From assembly GCA_030704615.1 (NCBI GenBank), contig CM060732.1:8122001-8186000 (forward strand): DNA of 64,000 nucleotides, in the 5' to 3' direction. This document shows, one piece after another, positions 13,798 through 26,460 of the stretch; within the stretch, counting starts at the first letter, position 1; each line of letters starts with the position of its first letter. Origin of the DNA: Takakia lepidozioides (Eukaryota; Plantae; Bryophyta). The notes beneath the pieces are model-generated. The model searched no databases, was not told the origin of the DNA, and saw only the letters and a list, made by a program, of their open reading frames with translations. A program made the position numbers and the translations under genes.

Positions 13798-14479
13798 GTG
13801 TCATGTGCACGTCCCACCCGGACCCCTAGGAGGTGTAGGCCACCACTGGTACTTGAGGTACGACGGCCCGATGATCCTAGGGTTACTGACCGGGAGTATA
13901 GGACGATGTTGCAGACACCATTCATGCCTAGCCTTTGGCGTACACTAGTGCCTCCGGTCCCCATTCCTCAAGGCCAACCATTTGAGTTTTGGGGTCGACG
14001 ATATTGTGTGAGAGCAGCGACCAACCCTTCCATGGGTCGTGGGCTATTTGCAATGGAGGACATTGTGGTTCCTTCATGGAGAGGGCAGACAGTGGACTTA
14101 TTTCTCTACTTTGGCCCATACTACACGTGGTTCCACTAGTGGACGCAGATGCGACGGGCAGCGCCTTGGGTGAGATCTCGATGTGTTCGGGAATACTGCA
14201 GGGTTCATCAATAGTTCAATTGGTAAACCTAAAATGACCAAAGTACTGTGGGATGAGCGACATGACGGGGATGTTAGGATAGCACAATCGATATTAAATT
14301 TTGTTATGACATGTGCATGTAGTACGATTCCCGCCGGTTCAGAGTTGTTCGCCTCTTATGAGTTCTGTGATAAGGATTGGGATGAGAGAGTCCAATCGGG
14401 AGTGGAGGGAGTTTGCCAAACGTTAGAAACGTCCCTCCCGGGGCCGCCGAGGAAGATTGTACTAGGGGATGGTGATTAG
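13798..14479 (+). pseudogene. Intronless SET-domain (lysine methyltransferase-like) pseudogene
   Basis: MGRGLFAMEDI (GxGLFAxxDI), GNTAGFINSS (GNxARFINHS-like) and IPAGSELFASY (IxxGEELxxxY) occur in the correct order. There is one stop at 14137-14139 and one frameshift. Confidence 0.7.
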
Positions 14480-15249
14480 CCATGTACGCATATCATGGCC
14501 CCTACTGTGGCACCGATAGGGATTGGTGATTAGGGTTTAGCATTTAGGCTGAATGTGCCATTGTACATACATTTTTTGGATGCAAATGGAGCAATTCCCA
14601 ACCATTGTATATTAAATGAATTATGAATGTATTTATAGATCCAAGTACAAGAGCAAATGAGGTCAGTGAACCCTCCAAGGGGCACGCAGGCCGAGGTGGT
14701 CAACAGTGGTATTGGCCGCGGAGAACAAGGCCCAGATGACCATATTACCCAAGACGGTGACAAGGTGGACAATGGGGGATGCTATTCTTTGAGCAGATCC
14801 CGCGAGCAGAAATCTGCTCACGCTTCAGGATCTGCCCACCTATAACCGCGGACGCCTACTCAACTTAGAAGACCTATTACTACGCAGAGTGGCCAGTATT
14901 ACAAGCTCGGTTATGGATGTTGCTGGAATGAATGAGGGATGAATGTGAATGTCTGTATGATGAATGAGACATGGATGAATGAAATAAATGCAATAATACA
15001 AAGTTGTTTTGTAGTAGTAGCTCCGAAATCCCCCGAGCTCCGAAATCCTTTAAACCATGCTAGTCTTGCTTGCAAATCAATTATGAAAGTGAAGTGTATA
15101 TTGCCAACAATGAATCCACATTGTTTTGTTGATTGAGGAGGGGTTACTTGTCATTTTTCCAGGTATCCAAGGTTGAGAGAGAGGCTCACACCCAAATCTA
15201 AAGAAGGCAGAGAGGTGAACTCGTGCTTTATAAATAAAAATTTCAAAAC

Positions 15250-16400
15250 ACGTACTGGGAATTGTCATGTGCTAACTCGTACTGGGAATTAAGATGACAA
15301 CACCTTAATCTGGCACATTCGGGACAAAAACCAAAAAAACAAAAAAAAACAAAAAAAAATCACATGACAATTCATGGAAAAACCAACAACCCCAAAAAAA
15401 TTCACCCAAAAGATAAATGGATGTAGGGTTCTTGCTGACTCAATTTAGCACTGGTTTTCGGGACATGCCTCAACACGACAGACCACTTTTCCATTTCGTT
15501 TCGTAGGCCAGTCGTTCCCATGTGGTGGACGTGGGGGGGATGCGGATTGCGAACCCTGACATGAAACTGGTATTATGACAGTTGGGCCTCTTGGAAGACG
15601 AAACCCAGTGCCATCCTCCAGCATCTCAATTTATTGCTTCGACAGACATGTTCCCACCTTCACTGGCCACACAGCTGGAATTTGAGGCTTACTGATGACC
15701 GAATCCCTACAAGTCCCCATCACACAACGTTGAATGTCATCAGGGCAAAACCAGAACTTGTGAGGCCTAGACTCCCGGGATGAAAAATTGGCATGATGAA
15801 TGAACCATGGATGACTGCTACAACATTTATCCTTACCGATCAGCATGTACACAGGGAAACAAACATTAAGCTGTCCTCAACGCCAGCTTAATTCGTAGCC
15901 CCTGTTAGCACATGACAATTCAACCCATGAAAGAAAGAAATGATTCCAAAAAACCTTACTGATAAGCATTTATGTGCAGGGAAACAGGCATTAAGGTGGC
16001 GTCAATGCCAGCTTAATTCCGAGCCCCTGTTGGCACATGACAATTCAACCTAGGGAAAAAATCCTTAGCGGTAAGCATGTGTGTGCAGGGGCTTGGGATT
16101 AAGGTGTTGTCAACGCCATCTTAATTCCCAGCAATTTTTTTTTATTTTTTTTTTATTTTTTTTCGTACTGGGAATCAAGATGTCATTGACGACACCTTAA
16201 TCCCCACCACCTGTGCACACACACCGCCTTACCGCCAAGGCTTCTTCGCCTTGAAATTTTTTTGGGTTCGAATTTTTTTGGTTAATTTTGGGAGAATTTT
16301 TTCAGGGATTTTGGTTTTTCCGTGAGTTGTCATGTGCCAACTCGTACTGGGAATTAAGATGTCATTGACGACACCTTAATCCCGAGCACCTGCACACACA
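15250..16400. repeat. Dispersed imperfect palindromic repeats (GGGAATTAAGATGTCATTGACGACACCTTAATCCC and its reverse complement)
   Basis: Copies near 15284, 15864, 15989, 16096, 16169 and 16349, in both orientations. Confidence 0.75.
15475..15790 (-). pseudogene. Fragment of a third copy of the MULE transposase (pre-SWIM region)
   Basis: HKFWFCPDDIQRCVMGT..PAVWPVKVGT..WPTKRNGK aligns with ORFs 20737-21612 and 61728-62441. Confidence 0.85.
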
Positions 16401-16712
16401 CCATGGTTCATTCATGTCGCTCATTTTTCATCCAAAAGTCATCCAACATTCATCCATTCTTTTTTTCATTCATCTCAAAACCATTCATCCGGCAGCTTTT
16501 CATCGCACATTCGTACCATATGGTCGTCACCTAGCAAGGATTCTTCTGTCAGATGGGGTGGAGATTGTGTCCGTGCAGTGTAGTTTTTGTCCACGGCAAT
16601 AGGTCTTCTTCTTTCCTCAGTTGTAGGCTCCCATTCACTAATCTGCTCACGCTTAAGGGATTCTGCTCACGGTTACCACTTAAGGCGTGAGCGTGCTCAC
16701 TGCTGCTAGTAG

Positions 16713-19700
16713 CTACCCTCGTGGACAATGAACACAATACGGACACTGACGATGTGAGAGCCATGGAGGATTTGTTAATGAACCACTTGGGGGAGGGGAA
16801 ACAAATTGGGGAGGATATGGCTCGCCGGGCCACATTGGATGAAGATGCCGACCCAAATCCAATGGAAGCCGAGGCAAACACACCCTTGTATAAAGGAGCA
16901 AGAGTGAGTCGACTTTCCACTGTACTGTTGTTGCTTAATCTGCAAACCTGGTTCTAGACCCGGTTTGCCGAAAAGAGGCAAGACAGGTTCTAGACACAGT
17001 GGGGATGGGCTACAAAATTATCCATGCATGTCCTTGTGATTGCACCTTGTACTATGGAGGGCATGAGCATGCTACCACGTGTCCCAAGTGCAAAAAATCT
17101 AGATACCGAGATGATGTTCAAGAAGATCCCACGAAAGGTACATTTCTCTTGTATTCTCTTTCCTGCCATTTCAAGTGGTTACAAATATGCTCATATACAT
17201 AAACGTATAAGGTACATGAATATATATACATATATACATGTGTCCACCAACTAATATATCATTTTAGGGTCTAGGGTTTAAGAGGTTGTATCATTCCAAT
17301 ATTATTAGGGTTTGCATATAGGTTATAGGAATCCTTCAGGCTTCAACTAATGTAGACTTTACAAAATATCTACATACAAACCTTTGCAAATATATACCCC
17401 TCTCTTACGTACAATATGTGGATACAAATGAAAGAAAGTAAACATTGATATATTTGTTGTGTTTGTGGGGGAGGTTAGAAAATGCATTACTTTCCAGTCA
17501 TCCCGCGCTTGAAAGCACAATTCCAGAGTCCATCATTTGCCCAACTCATGAAGTGGCATGCGGAGCATCGGAGCCCTCCCGGAAAGGTGTGCGGCCCTCA
17601 CAATTCATCGGCATGGAAACACATCGAGGAACAATGGCCTTTTCTGAAGGACGATCCAAGACATGTTCGGCTCGGCTTCTCCGCGGATGGTGTAAACCCA
17701 TTCTCAGTCTAGCCAACTAGCCATTCAACCTGGCCTGTGACTTTGGTTAACTACAACATCCGTCTTTATCTTGCTATCAAAAAGGGTCATATCATGTTGG
17801 TTGCCATTGTGCCAGGTGAATAACACAACTCTTTTTTGTTGCTTTAGGATGTACGTGGTAGTACAATGTCGAATATATATGGAACTAAGAATATTATTTG
17901 TTCTGTTTGAATTTCAAACGATCTAATATATATTGTAAATAATTTGTGTTGTAGGGAAAAAACAAGTGAAGAATATGGGTGTGTATCTGCGTCCATTGGT
18001 TGACGAACTCAAGATATTATGGAATGGAGTTCCAGCTTATGATGCATCGGCACCCACTGACCAACGTTCTTTTCTCTTGCAAGGGCTTTTGCTATGGACA
18101 ATGCATGATTATCCACGTACAATTTAATTTGATATCACCTATAATATATATATTCTACTGTATATCATGTGTTTGTATGTACTCGTCATGATTTTTCTTT
18201 AGCAATTCATGTTTACGCTCGGTTCATTATAATTATTCGAGGCGCACAGTGTTAAATCCCAACTAAATTCATGGTTTTGTGCAGGGCTTTCAGTTTGTTC
18301 GAGACTAGGCACAAAGGGGTACGCAGGATGTTCATGTTGTGGGCCGGATAACCTTGATGCAAAGCATTCAAAGAACGTTAGGAAAGATGATCTATCCCAA
18401 CTACCGGAAATTTCTTTCTCTCAACCATCCATGGAGAACGCGAGGCAAGAAATTATTTGATGGGACCGTGGAGAGAAGACCTCCACCCATGCATCCCCCT
18501 GGATCATTTTGGAAAGCCCGATGGCAAGAGGTGCTGGATAAAAAACGCCGCTCAAGAGGTGTGGCATGTCCCGGCTCTCAATCTTCTACAAGTTGCCTTA
18601 TTGGGAGGTACAAGTCCGAAATGCATTGGACCATACATATTTCATTGAATGTCATGACATATTCATATGAAATTGCACTGAATTCAAGGTTTATGACAAA
18701 TTATATGGAAATTTCATGATGCGCAAGATCTAAAAAAATCGGCACTCTCCTTGATCCCATGCATATTGAGAAGAATGTGTACTGGCAAACTTAACAGGGG
18801 GGGGGGGGGGAGTAGAAACGCGGCGGTGATTCCCTTGGTATGCTACGAGAGCTCCAAGCCCAAAACCGTATGCCATGACTATGGCCTCAAGATGATGGTG
18901 TGGACATGAACAATGCTCCCAAGTGGAAGTATAGGGCGCCAACTTGGACTTAGACAAAGGAAGAATACAAGCAAGTGCGGACCACAATACAAACTATCCG
19001 GACCCCGACCGGGTATGGCACATCTTTACGGGGCAATTAGTTCGAGGATGCCACCACTGTGCATGGTTTGAAGTCCCATGACTACCACAACAATATACAA
19101 GACATCCTTCTCATTGCAATACGAGCTGGGACACTCCATGAGGGCATTCGGAAAGCCATCTATTGACTTGGTGATTTATTCCGTTGGCTTTGCACAAAAG
19201 AGATGGACGAGGTGGATTTTCCACGAATGAAGGTCGGCCACGGTCTTGTGTATGTTGGAGATGCATCTTCCCCCTAATTTCTTTGACATCCAAGTGCATT
19301 TGGTAGTGCACTTGGTGGAAGAGGCGGAGATTGCCGGGCCGGTCCATGCTCGGTGGATGTACTTTCTTGAGCGTTACATGAAGGAGCTCAAGGCACACGT
19401 GCGGCAAATGGCACATCCCGAGGGTAGCATGGCGGAGGGGTACACATTGCAAGAAGCTATGCTGTTATGTACGGAGTACATGAGAAGGGTGGACAAAGAG
19501 GCCCCTCCAATGTGGAAGGAAGAGGATGATGTGCGGAACAATGACATGGTTTTGCCCATCAAGGAGGGTGAAACTATCGAACACCGTGGTGGAGCAAGCA
19601 CATGAATTTGTATTGAAGCGGAACACCCCTTGCATAGTGGAGTGGAAGGCAAGACATGCGGATGAGAATGCACGGCGGTTGGAAGCAAGTACAACTTGGA
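16713..19700 (+). mobile_element. Degenerate CACTA (En/Spm) TnpD/Tnp2 transposase with introns and a DUF4218-type C-terminal region
   Basis: YKIIHACPCDC..CPKCKKSRY, YFPVIPRLK, RHVRLGFSADGVNPFS, STWPV, LWTMHDYP, DPMHIEKNV, GLKSHDYH and FFDIQVHLVVHLVEEAEIAGPVHARWMYFLERYM..PEGSMAEGY. Many stops and frameshifts; termini not found. Confidence 0.9.
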
Positions 19701-19704
19701 GGGC

Positions 19705-20084
19705 AATGCTGGAGTAGCCAACGTCAAAAGTGCACTTCAAATTTAACGACAAAATCTGAATATATAGCGGCATGTACTGCTACTAAAGAAGCCATTTGGC
19801 TGAGACGATTACTTGGGAGCATTGGCGTTCCTCAAGATAGGGCCACTATTTTACATTGTGATAGCCAATCAGCTATCAAGCTCGTGAAGAATCTTGAATT
19901 CCACCAAAAGACTAAGCATATGGCCGACATTCAGTATCACTTTGTCTGAGAGAAGTACAATCATGATCCAGCATGTGTACATTCATATTATGGCATAGAT
20001 CGCTAATATTTTTACTAAATTGCATTGTGCAAAGATTTCAGCTTCCAGAAGTTTCGAGAGCTCATGGGTGTGGTACCTTTCCTG
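19705..20084 (+). mobile_element. Ty1/copia RNase H 3' fragment (continues after MULE-A at 30726)
   Basis: WSSQRQK..TTKSEYIAACTATKEAIWLRRLL..LHCDSQSAIKLVKN.EFHQKTKH.DIQYHFV. Confidence 0.88.
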
Positions 20085-20736
20085 CAACGACGCAATGGCG
20101 TGAGCCTTGCGCGTGAGCGCGCGAGCGTACGCTCACGCAGGAGTGACATGGCGTGAGCCTGCACCCACGCTGACGTGGCGTGAGCGTCATGTCAGCAGGC
20201 TGATGTGGCGGCAAATGATGACGTGGCACTGTGCCGTCATCTGCCACGTCAGCATTAACATGCGTCGCCTATAACCGAGGATGGTCCTATGACCGTGGGA
20301 TTAATGCAGGAAATCCTTGGCTGAATACAATGAAGACTACCATGAGGCCTACAATTGTAGCATCCAACATTGTGCAGTTACAAATGTTTGTTTCACCTTT
20401 ACAATTACGAGGACGAGAAAATATCCTCACAAAGTGTGCGCCATAGAGGCTGCCACGGGAAGACCTTGCTCCCTCCCCAAATTACAATGAGAGTTAGGAT
20501 CATCTTCAAAAGATGATTGCAGTGCATAGCGACAGGAAGACATGTAGACTTCGAACGGTGCAATGATGCATGTGCTTTTAAAAGTTACCACTCAGAGCTC
20601 ACTTAGTATAGTTGGAAGCATAATGGAGGGATAAGGGACGCCATATCATTGCACCGCCGACGATGTTGCAAATGAATTGATTTGAATTTCACATTTCATA
20701 GCATGGTCGTCCATATACCACATTGCATAGTTGATG

Positions 20737-23700
20737 CTACCCATGTGTTGTATCCCGCTGCAATAGAGTATCGACCTCGTTGAAACTCAGAGTGGCCTGG
20801 TGAACGAAGTTGTCACGTTTGGGATCGCAAACCATCCTCTTCAAAAATATGAAATACAAATGTTTGCAAGGTATGAATTTACCTCTCTTGCCCAAACTAA
20901 TTGATAGCATATTCACAAAATCAGGACATGTGCAATTGGGGAAATTGGAAACCGTGATGTCGTAGGCCCTGTCATGAACAGCAGATGTCGAAGTGATCAT
21001 TGTGTACACCCGACCATATCCTGGATCGGGCACTTCCGTGGTGCTTGCAACACGAGCTTGGAGCATTTTTGCGGACTCCACTTTGCCAAAATGTTCAGCG
21101 GTTGGAGGGAAACGCCGAACGAGCTTTCCATCTCGTTTAGTTGGCCACAAGTGAGGATTTGCCGGAGGGACCCAAGAGGACGCAGAAGTAGTAGCACATG
21201 CATGCAGTTGGGGTTGTCTCGCAAGGGAAAAGCCTGCCTCCTCCAGCATTGCAATCTCCTGACTTGTGAGATGTGTTCCCACCTTGATGGGCCAAACGGT
21301 TGGAGGAGCTGGCTTCATCACCATGGAAGGACGCACAGTTCCATGCACACATCTGCCACAATCATCTGCGCAGAACCAGAACTTGTGGTTCTTGGCTTCT
21401 GGTTGACCGTATGGACACATCAAACCCGTGAAAGTCGGAGTAGGAGTCCGGGCACTACCTCTGGATATAGATGAAGTGCACTTCTCGAAATTAGTTGCCC
21501 TGATCGCTGTACATTTCACATGAGACCCTACACTTGTGCGTTCTATGTGCCAAACGTGGTCGGGGCATGCGGACTCAAGCACATCAAGGGGGTTGTTTCT
21601 CTCCTGCACCATTTCAGTGGCACTGTTTAATGCTGGAGTCTACCGTCGTGTTGGAGGTTCCTCCAGAATGGAGATTCCGGACATGGATCTGTCATGCAGG
21701 GGAACACGAGGCTTCGAGAAGTTATCACGGTCTGCCCTGTGCGAATCGGAATCCGAACCAGGTGGAATGTTCAATTTCCTCTTACACGAGCCGAATCTCT
21801 CCCCCCCTTCAAGATGTGGAACTCTAGAAACAAGTGGCGTTCCCTGGGCATACATGCTCACCGCCCGTGCTATTTTGTTTGGATCCCCAGATCTGTTTGC
21901 AGCACGCAACATCAACTCCAATTTGTTCGGACCCTTGCCACCAACCCCACCTCGCAAGAAATCACGGTATCGGGTTTGTTGTTGCAAGGCACGTATCAAA
22001 TCATCTATTGTTGCCACATACAAATCCCGACCTCGTTTCCCAGACTGTTGCAACCATGCGTTGTGCACAATCTCTGCCAAATTGCAAGATGGCATGTCCG
22101 TCATTTCCTCAATGGACATGTTCTGCAAAGTGGAGAACCACACTTCAGAATAGTGCACAGGAAACAACATAAAGAAAACAATGAGTCAAAAATATAGAAA
22201 ATAAATGTATGAATAAAGCAAGAAATAGAAGCCTCGCACCATTGTCATGGCTGCTCCCCACTGTCTGTACCGGAAGTGCCAAAACGCCAGCCAATCTTCC
22301 AATGCTCTCATACTCTCAAGCATTGCAGCTCCAGAAGAGAACCACCAGGCACGAATTGTCTGGAACAAAGTGTCCGCCTCCTTCATTGTTCTAGCATCTT
22401 TGTACTTTTTGCATAATTTACGGTGCTGAGTCTGCATCTCTAGTTTGATGTCCGACTTTGTATGTTTCTCCAGAGATTGTGTCCAATGGAATAAACATGT
22501 ACGTTTTCCTCCCGGCATTGTCACTTTTGGGTCGCCCAATCCGAAGACAATTCGAACAGCATTGAAATTCGCCTGAGCACTATCCGCCATGAAACATGCG
22601 AAATTTGGAGATGGCACCCCATGGCAGCCCATAACACGTATCAAGGAATCCCACATGAGCTTCTGGGATTCCGTATCCTCGGATTGCATGTCACAAACTG
22701 CAATTGACATAACTCGTTGGTACATTGGATCGTAGACATGACAAGCCATTGTCGTCCAATCTTTCACTCGTTTCATATGATCAAACATAAGAAAACAATT
22801 CTACAAGTCCCCAGTCTTCTGCATCCGCTTCACGAGGCTAACCCCACTGCCCTCCCCAACAGTCGACATTTTGAAAAGAAATACTTTGATGGCACCTTGA
22901 CTTGGGAAATCATTGTCCTGGATGTAGTCGTACTTGCTCAGTCGTTTCAATTCCAAAATGTTGTCTATGTAGCCTCTGATCCCAGAGCCCATTCTCAATG
23001 CATTGATCTGATGCCAAATGTTAGGTGAACTCAAAGTGGAGAAATGATCCATGACAAGGTCCAATGCTGCACCGTCAAGTTTAGTCCCCCACATAATCCC
23101 CTTCACTCAAAATATGGCTTTCCAAGAAGGACTTGTTTGCGCCAAGAGCAATTGCAGATGTTGTTGCGGATGGGTTTTTCTCGTACTCTTGTTTAATCAA
23201 CCTCGATATTGTCTCAACACTCTCCGTGTAATCCCCCTTCGAAACAGGATGGTTATGGAAACCGAAATGCACACAAGCTCTTGTCATTGTTTTCAAACGG
23301 TGGACAACATAGTACATTCTTGCTCCGCACAGCCCCTGGCAGGATGGCACAAGTTTGCAGAATTTGCAAACAAAAATGTTTGCCGGTGGAGGGGCAGTCC
23401 CAGGCTTAAATGGATTTTCCGCCAGATCCTCCCACTCGCTTTGATTATGAACCCCAGACTGAAGAAAGTGTCTGCAATTCAAATTATCACACCTAAGGTG
23501 TCCATTGCAAACTGTTCTCCTGAAAACAAGCTTGTCGTCATTTTGAATATTGGATGTTTTTGTCTGCACCATGGGTGCCCGTCGTGTTTCTTGACCATTC
23601 CGTGCATCATGATTGTTACACCTCCAACTCGCGGAGGAGGAGGCAGCTTGAATAGGATATCACCATCAAAAGTCTCTAGCAGGAACTTCACAGGCACCTA

Positions 23701-24300
23701 CTTCAAAGATTCCCAATCAATTCCTCGCAACTCACTTTTGAAACCTGCCATTTCTCCCATCGCACGTAGTTTTGGAATGACACTACAAATCTCTTCTTCA
23801 TCTGCTTCTCCAACTACAGTAGGAAGGACTGGATTTGGAATTTCACTTATGTCATCATCGGACGAATCCGAAAGCTCAACGATTGGAGTAGAGGACGTCT
23901 GTTCTTTTTTCACCACCACATCCCTCTTGTCTTCAACGACTGAAGCAGCAGTCCCGGGCGTCACATATGATCCAAGGGACTTTCGCCGAGGCTCTCCAAG
24001 TACTCTGTATCAACCAGGGCGCACTCTCCACTGACTGACATGAGCCGTCTCATCACGATTTTGGAAAGGGTATTTCAACAACTTCCCTTCCAAATCGTAT
24101 ACCTCTTTCTCCAAGAAGATGGAGCCATTCTGAAGCTCAAACCGGGTAGCCAAGACATGTTCCAGAACAATTGCGAATCCATTGTCAAGGGCTTCCTTGG
24201 AGAACGGCACTGGTTTGTCGTTAGACAAGAACTCCGCTTTAGAGGAAGTCATCTTGCCTCCTCTCGTACGAAGATGCCTTGCTATCGCAACTCTTAAGTG
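20737..24300 (-). pseudogene. MULE DDE transposase with N-terminal Cys/His (WRKY/GCM1-like) region and C-terminal SWIM zinc finger; disrupted
   Basis: MFDHMKRV (D1), FMADSAQA (D2), TCLFHW (CxxH), CNLAEIVH (E) and SWIM CTCPDF...PCKHLY. Several stops and frameshifts; one intron near 22170-22240. Confidence 0.85.
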
Positions 24301-25596
24301 AAATCTGTTGACTGAGGTCTCCAGAACACTATTGAAGAATGAGTAGAGAATATTGCGGAGAAAGCTCACACGATGATTGTGCACATTCTGTTATTCCTTC
24401 CAGACATGCAGCCGTCCATTTTAATTACTTTTTTTGTGGGCCCTATAGACAAAGTATCCCTAGGAGCAATTTCGGTAGTTGTTAAACCTTTATTCAGAAC
24501 CTCATCAATAAACATAATAACCAGCCGACTTCTCGGAAGTGTGCCAAAGGATCTGAGGGTGGGATAGCAGATGAAGTAAATGCATCTTTATACTAGTACC
24601 AATGATCATGCACACCTGGAAAGTCCAAACTGTGAAACGAACGTGGGGTTGGCTTACAAGGATGAATGTGTATGATATCCAAAAATTTGTCAACCAACTC
24701 TCGTTCATTTACATTTATTTGTCTGAGATTGTGCGCCAAATGGCCCCATATTTTTTATTCCACGGTGCCAAGGTTCTCATGGCATAGGCATTGTCTGAGG
24801 CTGAGCAGTCAGACCAGCTAATTGTTTATTTGCAATGTTATATTCATCTATAATAATTGTCGCTGTTATTTTTTAATTATTGAAACCGTTCAAATAAACG
24901 ACACGTCGTTCATTTTGGGCGACACACGTCAGACATCGATAACTACATTGCAGACGAACAGCTGTCCACTAATGGCTGGCAGGTGCACTAATAAGGGAAC
25001 GACATTTGTGTAACGGTCACGCGAGAGGGAATCCGATGCTTCTAGAGACAATCCCCAATGCAAGCAACTCCGAAAGAAATCGAGAGTCACTTTGTGTTTC
25101 TAGTTTCCGCACTTAGAGGGAGAGAGGTAGTCAAGCTGGAGAGGGTTCCTTCTACGATACGAAAGAGAAGGAAGTCACTTTATTTTACTTCCCTTAGAGA
25201 GAGACTCAGAGCAAGAGAGCAAATGATGAGGCATCGTTTGATGGAGAACATAGGGCCACGACAGCAGGTGAACGCGGAGACTGCAACACAAGCGCAGACC
25301 GAGAATGAGGCTGCAGCTGTCACACAGTCAGAGAGAACAGTGAGCGTTGGAAACCAGACTGTGGAAGCAGAGCTTATTCGCAGGGAAACTGAAGGAGGTG
25401 GAAGTCCGGGGAACGCTGAACCGGGAGAAGGTCTACAAACCCTAGAGCAGACAGAAATTCCAGCAAATATGAGAGGGAAGAGGAAAGCTGCATAAGGGGA
25501 TCCAAATTCAAAACCTAAGAAGGCGCCAGTAAGAGTTCTCTACCTTCCATTTCATGTTTACAGATCTACGAAGAGAGTGAGTGCAATATCCTAGAA

Positions 25597-26460
25597 AGTG
25601 ATGGTCGGTACCGACCATCACTATGAAGCCATGTTGATTTGCTTTGTACTCCTCTGTTTATGGTTTTCCACACCAACAGTTTGTGACTGGCGGTACCGCC
25701 ATTCACTGTTCTTCAGATCATAGAGTCAGTCTGATTGCCTTTCAAGCACTCTTTCTCTTTCATTCTGTAGCAGGAACCTGTGATTGTCGGCAACGTCATT
25801 CTCTTTCTTTTCAAAACTCTCATTCTGATACAACAGAAAGTGAGTGTCGGTGCCGACAGTAACTATGATCCAGTATTGACTTACACCAAACGCAATGCAT
25901 TCCATTCTAGTGTAGTGCGAGTGTCGTTAACGCCATTCGATTCTCCTCATGAGCTTCCTGTACATGTATGCGTGGAGAGAGAGTGATGGTCGGCATATTC
26001 AATCATATAGTCTTGCATTGCATTTTCTCTGTTTCAGGTTGAACAGATTAGGGAAGTGGAATGGCAGTACCGCCAATCACTTTTTTTGAGACCATACTGT
26101 AGATTCATGTAGAGTATCGATTGCAAAGTACATTCCAGACAGACAAGAAACAGTGATTGTTTGTGATGATCATCACAATGGAGTCTCTCTGACTTAACTG
26201 CACTCACTTTCTGCCCTAAACTAGAGTGAGTTTTCGGTGCCGCCAATCACTAAGACAAATATTTCATTCAGAACCTCTCTGTACATGTTTGCCCAGAAAC
26301 ATAGTGATTGTCGGTACCGACCATCACTATGTAGTCATATTATTTTGGTTTGCATTTGTCTGGATCAGCTTTGCTTGTGTAGATGGTTGTGAATGTCAGT
26401 GCCGCCATTCACTGTTATTTGAGACGAGACAGACTGATGGTTGGTACCGACGTTCACTAT
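25597..26460. repeat. Array of about 12 degenerate 26-bp palindromes (perfect copy AGTGATGGTCGGTACCGACCATCACT) with largely non-identical spacers
   Basis: Copies near 25597, 25682, 25779, 25839, 25913, 25982, 26055, 26151, 26225, 26303, 26388 and 26433. Confidence 0.75.

Noticed and set aside
16636-16645. CACTA pentamer as the CACTA element terminus
   Set aside because: No matching TAGTG end or 3-bp TSD was found, and the neighbouring motifs resemble MULE ends.
17255-17335. Telomere-like TTTAGGG/TAGGGTTT motifs
   Set aside because: Only isolated copies in an AT-rich CACTA intron, not an array.
23051-24034. 327-aa plus-strand ORF and similar antisense ORFs over TE genes
   Set aside because: These are shadow ORFs opposite the MULE transposase or gag-pol and have no motifs of their own.
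25597-26460. CRISPR array
   Set aside because: The repeats are degenerate and irregularly spaced, the context is a eukaryotic intron, and there are no cas genes. Reported as a palindrome array instead.
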